From Camelus dromedarius (lineage: Eukaryota), in the NCBI RefSeq assembly GCF_036321535.1, contig NC_087437.1:16928001-16992000 (forward strand): DNA of 64,000 nt. Direction: 5' to 3'. The notes beneath the pieces were generated by a model. The model searched no databases. It was given only the letters and a program-made list of their open reading frames with translations, and was not told the origin of the DNA. The translations under genes were made by a program, and so were the position numbers. This document shows, piece after piece, positions 1-13,282 of this stretch. Positions within the stretch are counted from its first letter, which is position 1. The number at the start of each line of letters is the position of its first letter.

Positions 1-429
1 TCATAATTCCATCTTACACTTGAAGAACTTTAATATATGCATATTGGCCCCACCTTCTCTTTCTTGTCTTCTGCAGCTAATCATTAAGCCTTAACTGTTC
101 TACATCTTAAATACTCTGTGTGTTTAATGAGAGTGCAAAAAAAAATGCTAACAGATTCTTTTTTGAAAGACTAGACAAGGTAAGTATGAAGTTCATATTA
201 GGGGAGAAACTGCTATGTAAGAATAGACATTTCATGAAGGAAGTGCAACGAGGAATTAGCCCTGCCAGATGAGAAAATATGTTATAAAGCTAAAATAACT
301 AAAACTATTTGTTCACTTTGTAAATAAGTAGACCAGGGGAATAGAACAGAATTGAGAAGTAGATCTAAATATACTTAGATAATTAATTTATGATGAAAAG
401 AATATTGTTCTATTTAGGGTCAATGATAA

Positions 430-1225
430 CATCACTTTCTTGTATCTAAGATACCAGTGATTATTGTACACTAAATCCAGTTGGCATTTCTCAGTCCTTA
501 TCTTACTTGACCTTCTAGCAACATTTGACCTATGTTAATCACTTCTTTTTCTTTGAAACATGAGGGTACTATATTCTCTTGGTTTTCTTCTGGCAATTCT
601 CTCATTCCTCTAGTGAGCATATCCTATCTTAAGACATTAAACATCCATCTCTGTATATGTTGACAACTCTCAAACCTGTTTCTTTAGGATGGAACAGTCT
701 CCTGAACACCAGGATTAAACGTTCAGTTCCCTATCAACATTTCCACTTGGACTTTTTTTTTAATTGAAGTACTGTCAGTTACAATGAGTCCATTTCTGGT
801 GTACAGCACAATGACCCAGTCATGCATATACATACATACATTCATTTTCATATTTCCAGTTGGACATGAATGGGTTTCTCTGACTTAATAGATTTTATCT
901 CTAACGAGCCCCTCTCAAGCCCCTCTCAAAGTGCTCCTTATAACCTTCCCCATCTCAATCAATGGCAAGACCAGCCGTCCAGTGGCTCAGGTCAAAGACA
1001 CTGACACTATTTTGACTCATGTTTTTCTGTTCTGTTCCAAGTTTAATCAGTCAGAAATCATGTTGCTCTACTTTAGGATATAATCTAAAATATAATCAAA
1101 TTGCTGCCTACTTCTTATTGCTTACGCTGCTATTACTCCCAAGTACCCCACCTGTATTATTGCAGGGTCCTTCTAACTGGTCTTTCTGCACCTGTCTCTG
1201 CCTGCTTTCCCAGTTAAACATTTTA
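430..1225 (+). mobile_element. LINE-2 fragment
   Basis: gtccttatcttacttgaccttctagcaacatttgac (VLILLDL.ATFD, an L2 RT motif) and pyrimidine-rich L2 downstream sequence. Confidence 0.7.
753..851 (-). mobile_element. Extremely 5'-truncated young L1 3' end (~100 bp) in an L2
   Basis: poly(T)-aattgaagta...tttctggtgtacagcac, matching the L1 ends at 8041, 33415 and 63945; TSD atttcca(c/g)ttggac at 739-752 and 852-865. Confidence 0.8.
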
Positions 1226-2230
1226 AACATTTAAAATTTAATATAATGCATACTCAGGGAAGAACATAAAATATGTAAAGTTTAGTGGTTATTATAATGT
1301 ACAAATGCATGTAAATAACACCCAGATCAAGAAATGGCCCTCCTGGAGCCCTGCCACCATTACCCTTCCTTCCTAATCACTGTTGTGTCCATCCATCCTG
1401 CCTAGAATTATTTATTATCTCAACTTTTATGGTAGCTTTAAAATTTGCTTTGCTTTATAGTTTAAAATTTTAACTATGCCTCAATAAACAGTGTGGTTAA
1501 TGTTAATGACCTTTAATGTTAAGTGAAATCATATAATATGCATTTTGTGTGTGTGCATGGCTATGACTCATGTTTTTAAGATTTATCCTTGTTCTTTTGT
1601 AAATGTAGTTCATTTTAATAGCTGTGTAGTAAATTATTTTAATATCCTCATCCTTTCTACAGATACTTGTGTTGACAGATATTTGTGTTTCAAGATTTTG
1701 ACATTGCAAATGATGCTGTTATAAGCATTCTTACACATGTATCTGGGTGCATACATGTTGGAGTTTCTCAAGGTGGGGCAATGTTAAGTCATAGGATATA
1801 CATATCCTTAGCTTTTCTAGCTAATGCCTGTTTACTGAAGAAGTTGCAGCAATTTACATTTCTGCTAGTAGTATGTGAAAATTTCACTTGTTCTCCATCC
1901 TTGCCAGCATTTTTATTAACATAATTTAATTATGCCAGTTTGCATGTGGTGTGATCTCTCATTGTTTAATATTACATTTCCATGCCTTTTCATGTTTCTT
2001 TTGTGGCATGCCTGTTCATCTTTTTTGCCCATTTTAAATTGAGGTTTTTGTTTTTTTCTTACTAATTTTTAGGAGTTTTTGTGTATTCTGGATATAAGTT
2101 CTATATCAACCATATATGTCGCACCTGTCTTCTCCCATTCTGTGACTTGCATTTTTTCCTCTCAATACTATCCTTTGAGCAGAGTTTTAAAAAAATCTTT
2201 TTATTTTGAAATTTCAAATTTATAGAATTA

Positions 2231-2358
2231 TTTTTTGGGGGGCAGTAGGTAATTAGATTTATTTATTTACTTATTTTTAGAGGAGGTACTGGGGATTGAA
2301 CCCAGGACCTTGTACATGCTAGGCATGCATTCTATCACTTGAGCTATACCCTCCCCCC
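2231..2358 (-). mobile_element. tRNA-derived SINE, camelid vic-1-like
   Basis: Minus strand GGGGGGAGGGTATAGCTCAAGTG (A box)...GGTTCAATCCCC (B box), then (AAAT)n and CTAATTACC; TSD tagaatt(a/c)tt at 2223-2232 and 2360-2369. Confidence 0.85.
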
Positions 2359-2499
2359 TTAGAATTCTTAACTGAGAGTGGGTTATATATATTATGTCCC
2401 TTTACCCCTTTAATACTTCAGTATATAATTCTTAAGAACTAGGATGTTTTCTTACATAACCAGTTTTAAAATTCCAGTTTAACACTGTTACAGTGTTTT

Positions 2500-4965
2500 T
2501 ACAAAAATTGTACAATATACATAGGAAATGGTTAAAATGGTAAATTTTAAGTTATAGTTCTGTGGCCTTAGGTGCATTCACATTTTTGTGCAGCCATCAC
2601 CACCATCCATCTTCAGAACTTTTTCATCTACCCTAGTTGAGGCTCTGTACTCATTAAACACTAGTTTTCCATTCCCTACTCCCGGCCCCTTTCAGTCTCA
2701 ATGAATTTGTGGGCTCATACAATATTTGTCCATTTGTGACTGACTTATTTTAGTCAGCATAGTGTCTTTAAGTTTCATCCATATGATAGCATGCCAAATT
2801 GCCTTCCTTTTTAAGGCTAGCTAATACTCCTTTGTATGTAATTCTACATTTTGTTTATCCATGCATATGCCAATGAACACTTGAGTTGTTTCCACCTTTT
2901 GGCTATTGTGACTTAACGCTGTAATAAACATTGGTGTTACACATACCTGTTTGAATCCCTGTTTTCTGTTCTTTTGAGCATACACCTTAGAGTAGAGTTT
3001 CTGGATAATATGGTAATTCTGTTTTAGTTTTTGAGGAAACATCATACTATTTTCCACAGTGACTGCACCATTTTACATTTCCACCAGCAGTACATAAGGG
3101 TTCTAATTTCTCTACATCCACACCAGGACTTGTTTATGTTTTGATAATAGCTATCTTAGTGCATGTGAAGTGGTATCTCGTTGTGGTTTTCATTTATATT
3201 TCCCAAATGATTAGTGGTGGTGAGCCTCTTTTCATATTATTTGCTATTGATTTTTTTTTTTTTGAGACATGTCTATACAGATCTTCTGTCCATTTTTTGA
3301 TTGAATATTTTTGTTGTTACTGAGTTGTAAGAGTTCTTCATATATTCTGATATTAACAATTTAAACCACTTAACAGATATATATGATTTGAAAATATTTT
3401 CTCCCATTCTGTGGGCTGCCTTTTCCTTCTGTTAGTGTTTTTTGTTTTGCACAGATTTTAATTTTGATGAAGTCTAGTTTATCGACTTTTGTTGTCTCAG
3501 CTTTTATTGTCATACCCAAGAAATCTTGCCAGATCCAGTGGCACAGGACTTTTCCCCTCAGTGTCACAAGACTTTTACCCTAAGTTTTCTTTTAAGTTTT
3601 AGTTTTAACTTGCTCTTATGTTTAGACCTTTGATCCATTTTGAGTTAATTTTGTATTTGATATAACCTAAGTCCCAACTTCATGTTTCTGCATGTGGATA
3701 TCCAGTTTTCCAAGCACCATTTGTTGAAAAGACAGTTCTTTCCCCACTGAATGTTCTAGGTGTCATTGTTGAAAACCATTTGACCAGCAATGGGAGGGTT
3801 TACTGCTGGGTTCTCTATTCTGTTCCATCGGTCTATATATCTGTCTTTATGCCAGTACCAGACTTTTAATTTCTGTAGCTTTGTAGTAGGTGTTGAAATC
3901 AGGAGTGTGAGACCTCCACTTTGTTTTTTTTCAAAAATTGTTTTGGCTGTACAGTTTCTTGAGATTCCACATCAATTTTAGGATGGATTTTTCTATTTCT
4001 GCAAAAAAGTGTCATGGGGATTTTGATAGGGGTGAAATTGAATCTGTATATTGCTTCTGGTAGTTTGACATCTTAATAGTATTGAGTCATTCAATCCATG
4101 AATAGGGGTGTCTTTCCATTTATTTATGTCTTCTTTAATTTCTTTCAGCAATGTTTTATAATTTTTATTGTGCAAGTTTCTTTGCCTTTTTGGCTAAGTT
4201 ATTCCTAAGTACTTTATTCTTTTAGAAGCTAGTGTAAATGAAATTGTTTTTGTAACTTCCTTTTCAGATTGTTCATTCTTAGTGTACATAAATAAAAACT
4301 GATTTTGGTGTGTTAATTTTATATCTTGCAACTTAATTTGTTTGTTTTAGCTTGGGTGTGTGTGTAATCTTCAGGGTTTTCTACATATAAAATCCATGTC
4401 ATCTGCAAACAGTTTACTTCTTCCTTTCTGAAATGGATACCTTTTTCTTTTTCTTGACTAATTGCTTTAGCTAGGATTTCCAGTACTGTGTTGACTAGAA
4501 GTGGAGAAAACGGGCATCCTTGCCTTGTAGCTCATCTTAGAGGAAAAGCTTCCAGTCTTTCACCACTGACTATAATGTTAGCTGTAGGTTTTTCATTTAT
4601 GGCCTTAATCATGTTAAAGTAGTTTCTTCCTAGTTTTCTGAGTCTTTTTATAATGAAGTGGTGTTGAATTTTGTCAGATGCTTTTTCTGCATTAATTGAG
4701 ATGACCATGTAATTTTTCCCCCTTTGTTCTTTTAATGTGGCATATTACATTAATATTTGTGTACTGAAGCATTCTTGCATTTAAGGAAAAATATTCCTCT
4801 TGGTTTTTCCTTTTAAAATGCTAGGCCTGCTAGTATTTTGTTGAGTATTTTTGCATCAGTATTTATATGAGATATTGATCTGTAGTTCTCTGGCCTCGGT
4901 ATTAAGGTAATGCTGGGTCTCATAGAATGAATTAGGAGGTATTCCCTCCTCTTCAGTTTTTGTAC
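2500..4965 (-). mobile_element. 5'-truncated old L1 (L1MA/MB-like)
   Basis: ORF2 remnants in the ORF track (2821-3057, 3370-3567, 3993-4175 NYKTLLKEIKEDINKWKD). Confidence 0.85.
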
Positions 4966-5728
4966 TGGACACAACCTAAAAGACCATCAGCAGGTGACAG
5001 TTAAATAAATTGGGATACATATTTTACTATACCGATGTGGAATGATCTTCAAGACGTTTTAGAAGTGTGTGTAGGACACTGTGCTGGAGTGAAAATAAGA
5101 GGGGAAAAATATATATGAATGCTCATATTTGCATGGATGACTTTGTGAGGGGAGAGAAACTGACAGTGGTTGCCTTTGGGGGAGGGAAATTGGAGGCCTG
5201 GAAATAAGGGCTGGCATGTAGACTTACTTTCTATTGTATGCCCCTATTCTGTTTAAAATTTTTACAATATGTTTTTATTATCTTTACGTTAGAAGCTTAA
5301 AATTAAAAGCCTCTCATCCTCTCAAAACACCAAAGCATTGATTTATCATTGTCTCCAAATGGCTTCACTTAAAGCAGCTGGTTAATTTTAGGCAAGCTTC
5401 ATACCATTACAGTGCCCTAGTGTCCTCATCTATAGATGGGGTGATAACAGTACCTCAGCTTTAATGACGCAATCCCATTCAGTGCTTAGAAAAATTCTTG
5501 GTCCACAGCAGGCTCTGAATAAGGACCACCTGTTAGGTGAAATGTTAGTCACGCCTCAGGTCATATCGCTGAGAAAGAACCAGGCAGCAAAGATTTTTTT
5601 AATAGACAGTGAGGCAGGGAAAACTTGGGTCTTGAGTTTGGGTAGGCTTCTGTGAGCTGCGTCTAACCTGGTTTCCCACCACATCACTACCTTCTCCGCA
5701 TTTGTTATCTTGGCTCTGTGAACTCTGA

Positions 5729-5932
<204 letters not shown>

Positions 5933-7397
5933 TGAGAAGAGGCATTGCCAGAGATGAAGCTGACAGCATGTTAAAAATGTCACTTAACTGACAGAATTTG
6001 AGAATGTGGTAGTATGGTGTATTGACTACAGATATAGTAATAAAGGTGGATTTATATCTCAAACTCGTTCAATAACAGGTTACTATTAATGCTTTGGTAG
6101 TCTTTGAAATTTCTGAGCTAATTAGAATGATGGTTTTAAGAATTATGATTTATATATGTAAAGTTGAACTTTAAAAAAAAGTTGCATTTTATTGTGACTT
6201 TCTTTTACTCCAAAGTTGGGGTATGTCTTAGAGTAGATGGCATTTTACCAACCACCATTAGTCAGGTACAGTTGTGACGTGTAGGCCCACGTGTTCACAA
6301 ACCTGGTCATAGCTTTTCATCTCTATGAGGTTTGTGTCACACATGCTGAGTTCAGCATGTGTAAAAATTATTCTGTGCTTTGACATCAACACAGAAAGAT
6401 CCTGTTTATACAGAGAGGCATGGAATTGGGAGCAGGGTCTGAATCTGATGTTAGTGAAGATACTTATTGTTGGAATCATGATTGGAATTCCATATTTTCT
6501 TGGAAAAAGATCACAAGTTGTGAAAGGATTGCCTACCACACGGCAAGCAGCGTAACTGAAGACAGAAGGAATTGCCTCTTTGACAGATTTCAAAGCAGCG
6601 AGAGGCTGGTGTGACATTTGTGCACCACGTTGTACTGTGGTTAAGGCATTGGGCCATCTTTTAATTATCAGCGTTTCTTTCTTAGTGCACATCTAATCGA
6701 GGTCTTAACATCAGTGAAGTCTTACATTTGATGAGATACGGTTTTTTTTAAGACAAAGTCAGAGCTCTCGATCCCCTGCCCACAGAATTTGGTCCTCTCC
6801 CATCGTGGGTTGGGGTCAACCTTGACACACTCCTTCCCCTCACCCGCCAGCTCTGTTCAGCGCTCCCTCCAGCACAGCTTGTCATGACGCTCTCATCTCA
6901 GGGCGGAATTGGCAGCAGCTTTTTTTTTCTTTTCTTACTGGAGTATAGAATAATGTTGAGTCTTGATGGCATCTTAGATTTGATGAAATATGCTTTTTTT
7001 TTTCCCCTGATTTCAATCATATTACATGTTTGTGGGAAACAATTTAGAAAATACAGGAGTAAAAATCACTAGGAGTTCTAGCACTCACAGATAGTCACCA
7101 ACACGTTTTGTTTATCTGCAGCCTTTTCATGCAGATGGCTGTGCGTATGCATACATATACTCAAAGGCAGGGGCATAATATGCTTTTGTGGCCTGTTTTC
7201 ACTTGACAACTTAGAAGTAATGAACCACTGTTCGTCGTAATGTTACATTTTCTGCACCGTAATTTTAGTTTTATAGGCAGCATTTGGCGTTCTTTCTGAA
7301 TCAGAGGCTCTTTGATGGGCCATGTCTGATGTACTTAGCTCTGTATCCCCAGAGCAAGACCCGAAAGATGCTCTATGTACATACCTAAATATTTATT

Positions 7398-8028
7398 TTT
7401 TGGTAACAGCTTTATTGAGATACATAATTCACATACTATATACGTGAAATACCCATTTAAAGTATACAAGTCAGTGGTTTTAATATATTCAGTGTTATTT
7501 AATTATCACTACCATCACCTTTAAAACATTTTCATCACTCCAAAAAGAAATCCTATACCCTTTAATATTTGCTCCCTATTTTGCCCCCAAATACTCTAGC
7601 TCTAGGCTGTCACTAATCTACTTTGTTTCAGTGGATTTGTCTTCTGGATATATATGGAATGGACATAAATGGACACATACAATATGTGGTCTTTTGCAAC
7701 AGGTTTCTTTTACTTAGCATAATATTTTTAAGGTTACGGTATGTTTTCCTGTTGCAGCAAGAATCAGTACATCGTTCCTTTTTACTGCTCGATAATACTT
7801 CAGTGTATGGATATACCTCATTTTGTTTATTGATAATTTAATAAGCGTTTGAATTGTTTCCACTTTTTGGGTGTCATGAATATGCTGCTATAAACATTCA
7901 TGTACAAGTTTTTGTCTGGGCATGTGTTTCCGTGTCCCTTGAGTATATACCTCGGAGTAGAATTTCTGGGTCAAATGATAACTATTTGAGGAACTGCCAT
8001 GCTGTCCTCCAAAGTCTCTACCAATTTA
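7398..8028 (-). mobile_element. 5'-truncated old L1 3' end (L1MB-like)
   Basis: acagctttattgagatacataattcacatac... typical L1MB 3' UTR on the antisense strand. Confidence 0.75.
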
Positions 8029-8040
8029 TAAATATTTCTT

Positions 8041-8307
8041 TTTTTATATTTTTAATTGAAGTATAGTCAGTTTATAATATTGTGTCAATTTCTTGTGTAC
8101 AGCACTTCAGTCATAGGAACATACATATGTTCATTTTCACCATAAGTTACTATAAGCTATTGGATGTAGTTCCCTGTGCTATACAGTAGGAAGTTGTTGT
8201 TTATCTATTTTATGTATATTAGTATCTGCAAATCTAGAACTCCCAGTTTATCCCTTGCCACCCCCTTTCCCGCCTGTGACCATAAGTTTGTTTTATGTCT
8301 GTGAGTC
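8041..8307 (-). mobile_element. 5'-truncated young L1 3' end
   Basis: tttaattgaagtatagtcagttt...gtctgtgagtc; TSD ta(a/g)atatttctt at 8029-8040 and 8308-8319. Confidence 0.8.
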
Positions 8308-9510
8308 TAGATATTTCTTGAAAGAATTTCTGTCATGTTGAACATGCTTTTTATTTATCCAGCAAATACTCATTGAGTACCTATGAGTCAAGTATTGTTC
8401 TGCTTGCTAGGAGTACATTTGTGAAGAAAAGGTCTCTGCCTGCATGAGACTTGTATTCTAGCGGAGAAGATAGACAATAAACCGTGTAACTGAGGACATT
8501 ATATAGTATGTTAAGGTAATCGGTGCTGTGGAAAAAGAACAGGGTAAAAGGGCTGGGATTATGGCAGTTCTAAGTAGGGTGGTGAGGGCGGGCCTCACTG
8601 TGAGGGTACCTGTTGAGCAGCTTTGCAGGTGTGAACTGCAGGGCCGCGTAGGAGAGGGAGTGGGCTCTGCAGAGGCCCTGAGGAAGGGGAGCAGCCCTGC
8701 CCGGTGCAGGGAGGGTGGCTCAGTAGCGACATGAGTGATCTGACTTGAAAAGCTCCCTTTGGCTGTTGTGTGCAGAAGAGACTCTGGGCGCAGCGGTAGA
8801 AGCAGGGAGTCTGGAGGGTGAACCTGAGAGGGTTTCTGGCCGCACTTTCATGTCCGTGGCCTTGTTTAGCTGCTCCGTGGTTTCCGAGTGTTCCTGAGGA
8901 AGGATGGCTTGAGTCCTCTCTGGGGCCACGTGGTTCCCTTCCCTCCTTCCCTTCCACTGTTGCTGACGGTGACCATGACACGTGCCGGCATTGTTCTCCT
9001 TTTTATTGTCTAGCTTTATTGAGAGAGAATGGACACTAACCAGGCGTTGCTCTTGACGCGGGGCTGCAGTGGTGAGGCGGGCCTGGTCTCCACCCTGTTG
9101 GAGCGGACATTCTCGGGGAGATGTCAGGCAGTAAACAGGGAAGTCGGTGCTGCAGGGAAACATGTGACAGGAACTTCCACATGGCCCAGGGGTGGGAAGT
9201 GGGGGGAAGGTTGTGTTCTGGAGGGGACCAGGGAAAGCCTCTCTGAGTAGGTGACATTAGGGCAAATATGTGAGCAAAGCTGGGAGTGACCCTTGCAGAG
9301 GTCTGGGTACAGAGCAGAGGGAACAGGCTTCATGAGCTGAGGATCAGCCTGAAGGTGGGTGGTGTGGCCTCCTGTCCTCAGCGGAGGGTGGGGACGACAG
9401 GGCTGTCAGCGCAGACTGCTGCAGATGTCCCTGAAAGTGCAGGTGGGCAGGAAGCTGCGTCTCTGGGCTGACAGGTGCCCTGGCCCACTGTAGCCTCTCT
9501 GTCTTCTCAG

Positions 9511-9631
9511 GTGTGGCCCACAGAGCTTTTGAAAATGACATTGATGCCTTGTGCAATCTCCGGGAGTTCTTCAACTACCTGCCTCTCAGCAGTCAGGACC
9601 CGGCTCCCATCCGTGAGTGCCATGATCCCAG
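9511..9631 (+). CDS. PCCB: PCCB coding exon 8, 121 bp
   Basis: ctcag|GTGTGGCC...GATCCCAG|gtgagt; encodes (G)[39 protein letters not shown]; phase compatible with neighbours. Confidence 0.97.
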
Positions 9632-10970
9632 GTGAGTAGCAGGCGGAGCTCCTTCCTCTGCTTTTGCAGGTTGGCTGGTCCTTCTCTGGCCCATCTGCCC
9701 TGTGGGTGCCTTGGAGTAGACTGTGGAGTGGAATCAGGTGTAGGCATGGTGGGTGGCATGTCTGGCACAGGATCCCAGAGAGATTTTAATTTTATTTACT
9801 TTTTTCTTCTCTGTAATAACTGATAAGTAGCTTGGGAGTAGAAAGTGGCCAAAAAAATTATTTCTAAGAGTTTTGATTTGTCCAGAATTGAGATAGATTT
9901 TTTTTTTTTTGCCTTTACATGAAAGAAATTAACATGAAATGGTGCAGAGAGGGTGCTCTTTAGGACATGCACGCCTGCTTGTGACCAGAATCCGGGGCAG
10001 TCCTCCAAAGGGTGTGTTGCTGGCCACCTGATGGAGACCTTCTCTCCTTCTTGCTGTTCGGGCCTCTGGCTGATGTCGGGGGCACCAGACAGTAAACCAG
10101 AAGCCCAGCTGGGGAACCATTGCTCCAGACCTCTGGCTGCTTTCTTCTCCATTTTGTTGCCTCTCTGATTTTGAAGCACTCATTTGGCCTGGGATGAAGC
10201 CGTTTTCTGACGGTGTCCTGTTGGGTGGACCTGGACTCCTAACTGTGGGGCTGGGTCTGTGCCAGGGATGCTCTGAAGAGTTCTGTCCCCAGGGCCCCTC
10301 GCTCTCTGCCTCTGCCTCACTTCTCGGGATACAGCCAGTATAGTCGTGAAAGGGGGGATGGTCACCAGGCCCAGAAGCAGGGGGCACAGTCTCCTATTCC
10401 GAGCACCTGTATTATTTGAGGTTCTTGAAAGGTTTAGGACATCATTTGAAGGTGTTATGGCCCAGGGACCCAGACCCAGACATGTCTGAAAAGCCTGCTT
10501 TGGCCTGGCTATACCGCCTCTCCACTCAATCCCAGGAAGCAATATGCATATGTATAAATAGCAAATGAAAAGTAAGGGAGGACTTTGTTATCGGGCAGGA
10601 CTGTGCCCAGTACCCCGGTGCAGAGCTCTCTGGGAAGTTGGGTTTGATGGGGCAATGTCTTGTTCTCTGCAGTGTCCTTTAGTGCCCCACACAGTAGGGG
10701 GTATTTGGAGAGGAAAATGAAGGAATCACATTCAGAGGAATAAGCTCTTTTTTTCCCCTCTCTAAATGATCTGGGTTAGTATCAAGCTCAGGTTCATTTT
10801 GATATGGGGGTAACAAATGATTGTATCTTTGGGGACCGCTTCGCAAGCCCAGCAGGGACAGAATCAGTCCAGCCTCCATGATGTGTCTCCCCCATTTCCT
10901 CTCCCTCCCCCACCCACAGAAGGCAGCCGCCTCTTCCATGTTGATTATATCTGCTTCTTTTTCTATCTAA

Positions 10971-11117
<147 letters not shown>

Positions 11118-12893
11118 TGACTTGGTGAGGAAGTGCTGGACCCACAGGCCTTAACATTGGGCAGCACAGGCTGAGCATGGGGTGGGCACAGGACCAGGGG
11201 CCGCTAAGTAGTGTGTTCCGGGAAGAGCTGGTGACCGTGGCCACCCTGCTGGCCCGGATGGACTTAAGGGAGGAGGAGCCAGTTGGCCCAGCAGAGCTGA
11301 GAGGTCTTGAGAAGGGGCCATGTCTCCAGAGGTTGGAGTTGAGGCCGGGATGACTCTTAATGTACCTCTGGAGCCTCATGCTCAGAGGGCACCGGGCACT
11401 GTGTCTCTCCAGAGGAAGGAGAATGCACAAGGTATCCCATGACAGGGTCGACGGGTGTATGTGTAGGTCTCGGGAGGACAGGAACCATGTGCACCTTTTT
11501 CTTGGTGTAGCACAAGAGGAAAATGTTGGGGCAAACTGGGGACATCAGTCAGTGGCCGTTGTCTCCCTCACACTTCCATATGCACACGGTGCTCTCAGCT
11601 GTCCTTGCTTAACTGGACCCAGATGGCTCTGTGGGCACAGCCCCTCCCGGAGCCCCGGCTCTCCCAGTGACCCGTTCCTTCCCCTGTACTGTAGGAGCCA
11701 GCGTGAGCCGGCAGCCACAGCTGGACTTGCTCCTCCTCGTTGCTGGGATCTGTAGCCTATTGAGCACCATTTGGTCACCCTTCTACCGGCATGCCTGTCT
11801 CTGACCCTCGCCTTCCATACTCTGTCCACCCGCACAGTTGTCCCTGTCCCTCTCTCGTTCCCTCTGCTCCTGGACTCTCCAGTCCTCAGTGCCCAATGCT
11901 GTTTTAATGATTGAGTTTATGGTGTGCTTTCACATCTGGTAGAGAGTTCCTCTTGATTATTCTTTTTTTTTGAGTTTTCTTGCCCAGACTTCTTTATTTT
12001 TCCATTTGAACTTTAGAAATTAGTTTGTCTTGTTTTAGGGTGGAAGAAGGGGTGGAAGTAGGGAATCCTTCTGCTATTTTTATTGGGATCCTGATAAAGT
12101 TATGCACTAACTGGGAAAATTGACATTCTTATGAATCTGAAAGAATCTAGAAACATAGTTTGTATATTTATTTCTTAAAGTGTGCTTCCCCCACCTTGAT
12201 TGTTTTAAATATTTCTTTATATAGGTGTCTATGTTTCTTGTTTATTCCCAAATATTCTTTTCTATTGTAAATGGGGTCTTTTCTATCTTTGAACTGGGTT
12301 TTTAGGTATTTATGAAAGCTTTGATTCTGTTTATCAATTTTATATACTGTTACCTTTTAAGTTCTCTTGTTATTTATAGTAGTTTTTCACTGTTAATTCT
12401 TTTGGGTTTTTCAAGTATACTAGTATATTGTCTATATAAATAGTTTTATCTTTTTCTTTCCAGTTATCATCATTTCTTTCTCTTGTCCAGGGGCACTGTC
12501 TGTACCTCCATATTTTATCAAAGGCAATAAATAAAGGTTACGATAATGGGCATCTTTGTCTTTTTCTTAACTTTAGAGAGACTGACTGCCATTAGTGTTC
12601 CCTAATTTTATATAATTTTTTCATGTTAAGAGAGCCATCACTTTTTGTTGTTGTCTGCTTGTTTTTTTAAAGTCAGGGATAGGTATTGAATATTGTTAAA
12701 TGCCCTTTCAGCATTTATGGAGATGATCATATGATTTTTCTTAGATCTGTTTATAAATATACCTTGCTACTTGTTATATTTTATGAATATTTTGTTTTGA
12801 ATTTTTTGCATCAATATTATATGATGTTAGCTGTCTTTTGAGGGGGAGGGGTGGTATTTTCAAATTAGGTTTTGATGTCAGTGTTCTTACATT

Positions 12894-13282
12894 ATGTGTT
12901 AGTTTGCTAAGACTGGCATAACAGAACACCACACACTGAATTGCTTAAACAAAAATTAACTTTCTCATGGTTCCGGAGGCTAGAAGTCCAAGATTGAGGT
13001 GCCAGCAGGGTTGGTGTCTGGTGAGGCCTCTTCCTGGTTTGCAGATGGCTGCCTTTGCTGTGTCCTGATGTGACCTTTCTTCTCTGTGCACAAGGAAATA
13101 GAGATCTTGTTGTCTCTTCCTCTTAGAAGGATACCAGTCCTTTTAGATTACAGCCCCAACCGTATGACCTTATTTACTTTATCTGCTTAAAGGCCCTGTC
13201 TCCAAATATAATCACATTGGGGGTTAGGCTTCAGTGTATGAATTTTGGGGGGGGGGTAGAGCTTACATAGTTCAGTTCATAA
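12894..13282 (-). mobile_element. MaLR LTR (MLT1A/B-like)
   Basis: Characteristic ttctcatggttccggaggctagaagtccaagat...ccaaatataatcacattgggggttagg; reverse-orientation relative of 49343-49713. Confidence 0.75.

Noticed and set aside
2281..2358. tRNA-like sequences with A/B boxes (also near 16070-16130 and 21765-21835)
   Set aside because: They have SINE tails and TSDs, so they are SINE heads rather than tRNA genes.
3537..3584. Short tandem duplications (23 bp here; 11 bp near 908; 13 bp at ~50487-50512)
   Set aside because: Ordinary slippage-type duplications with no sign of function.
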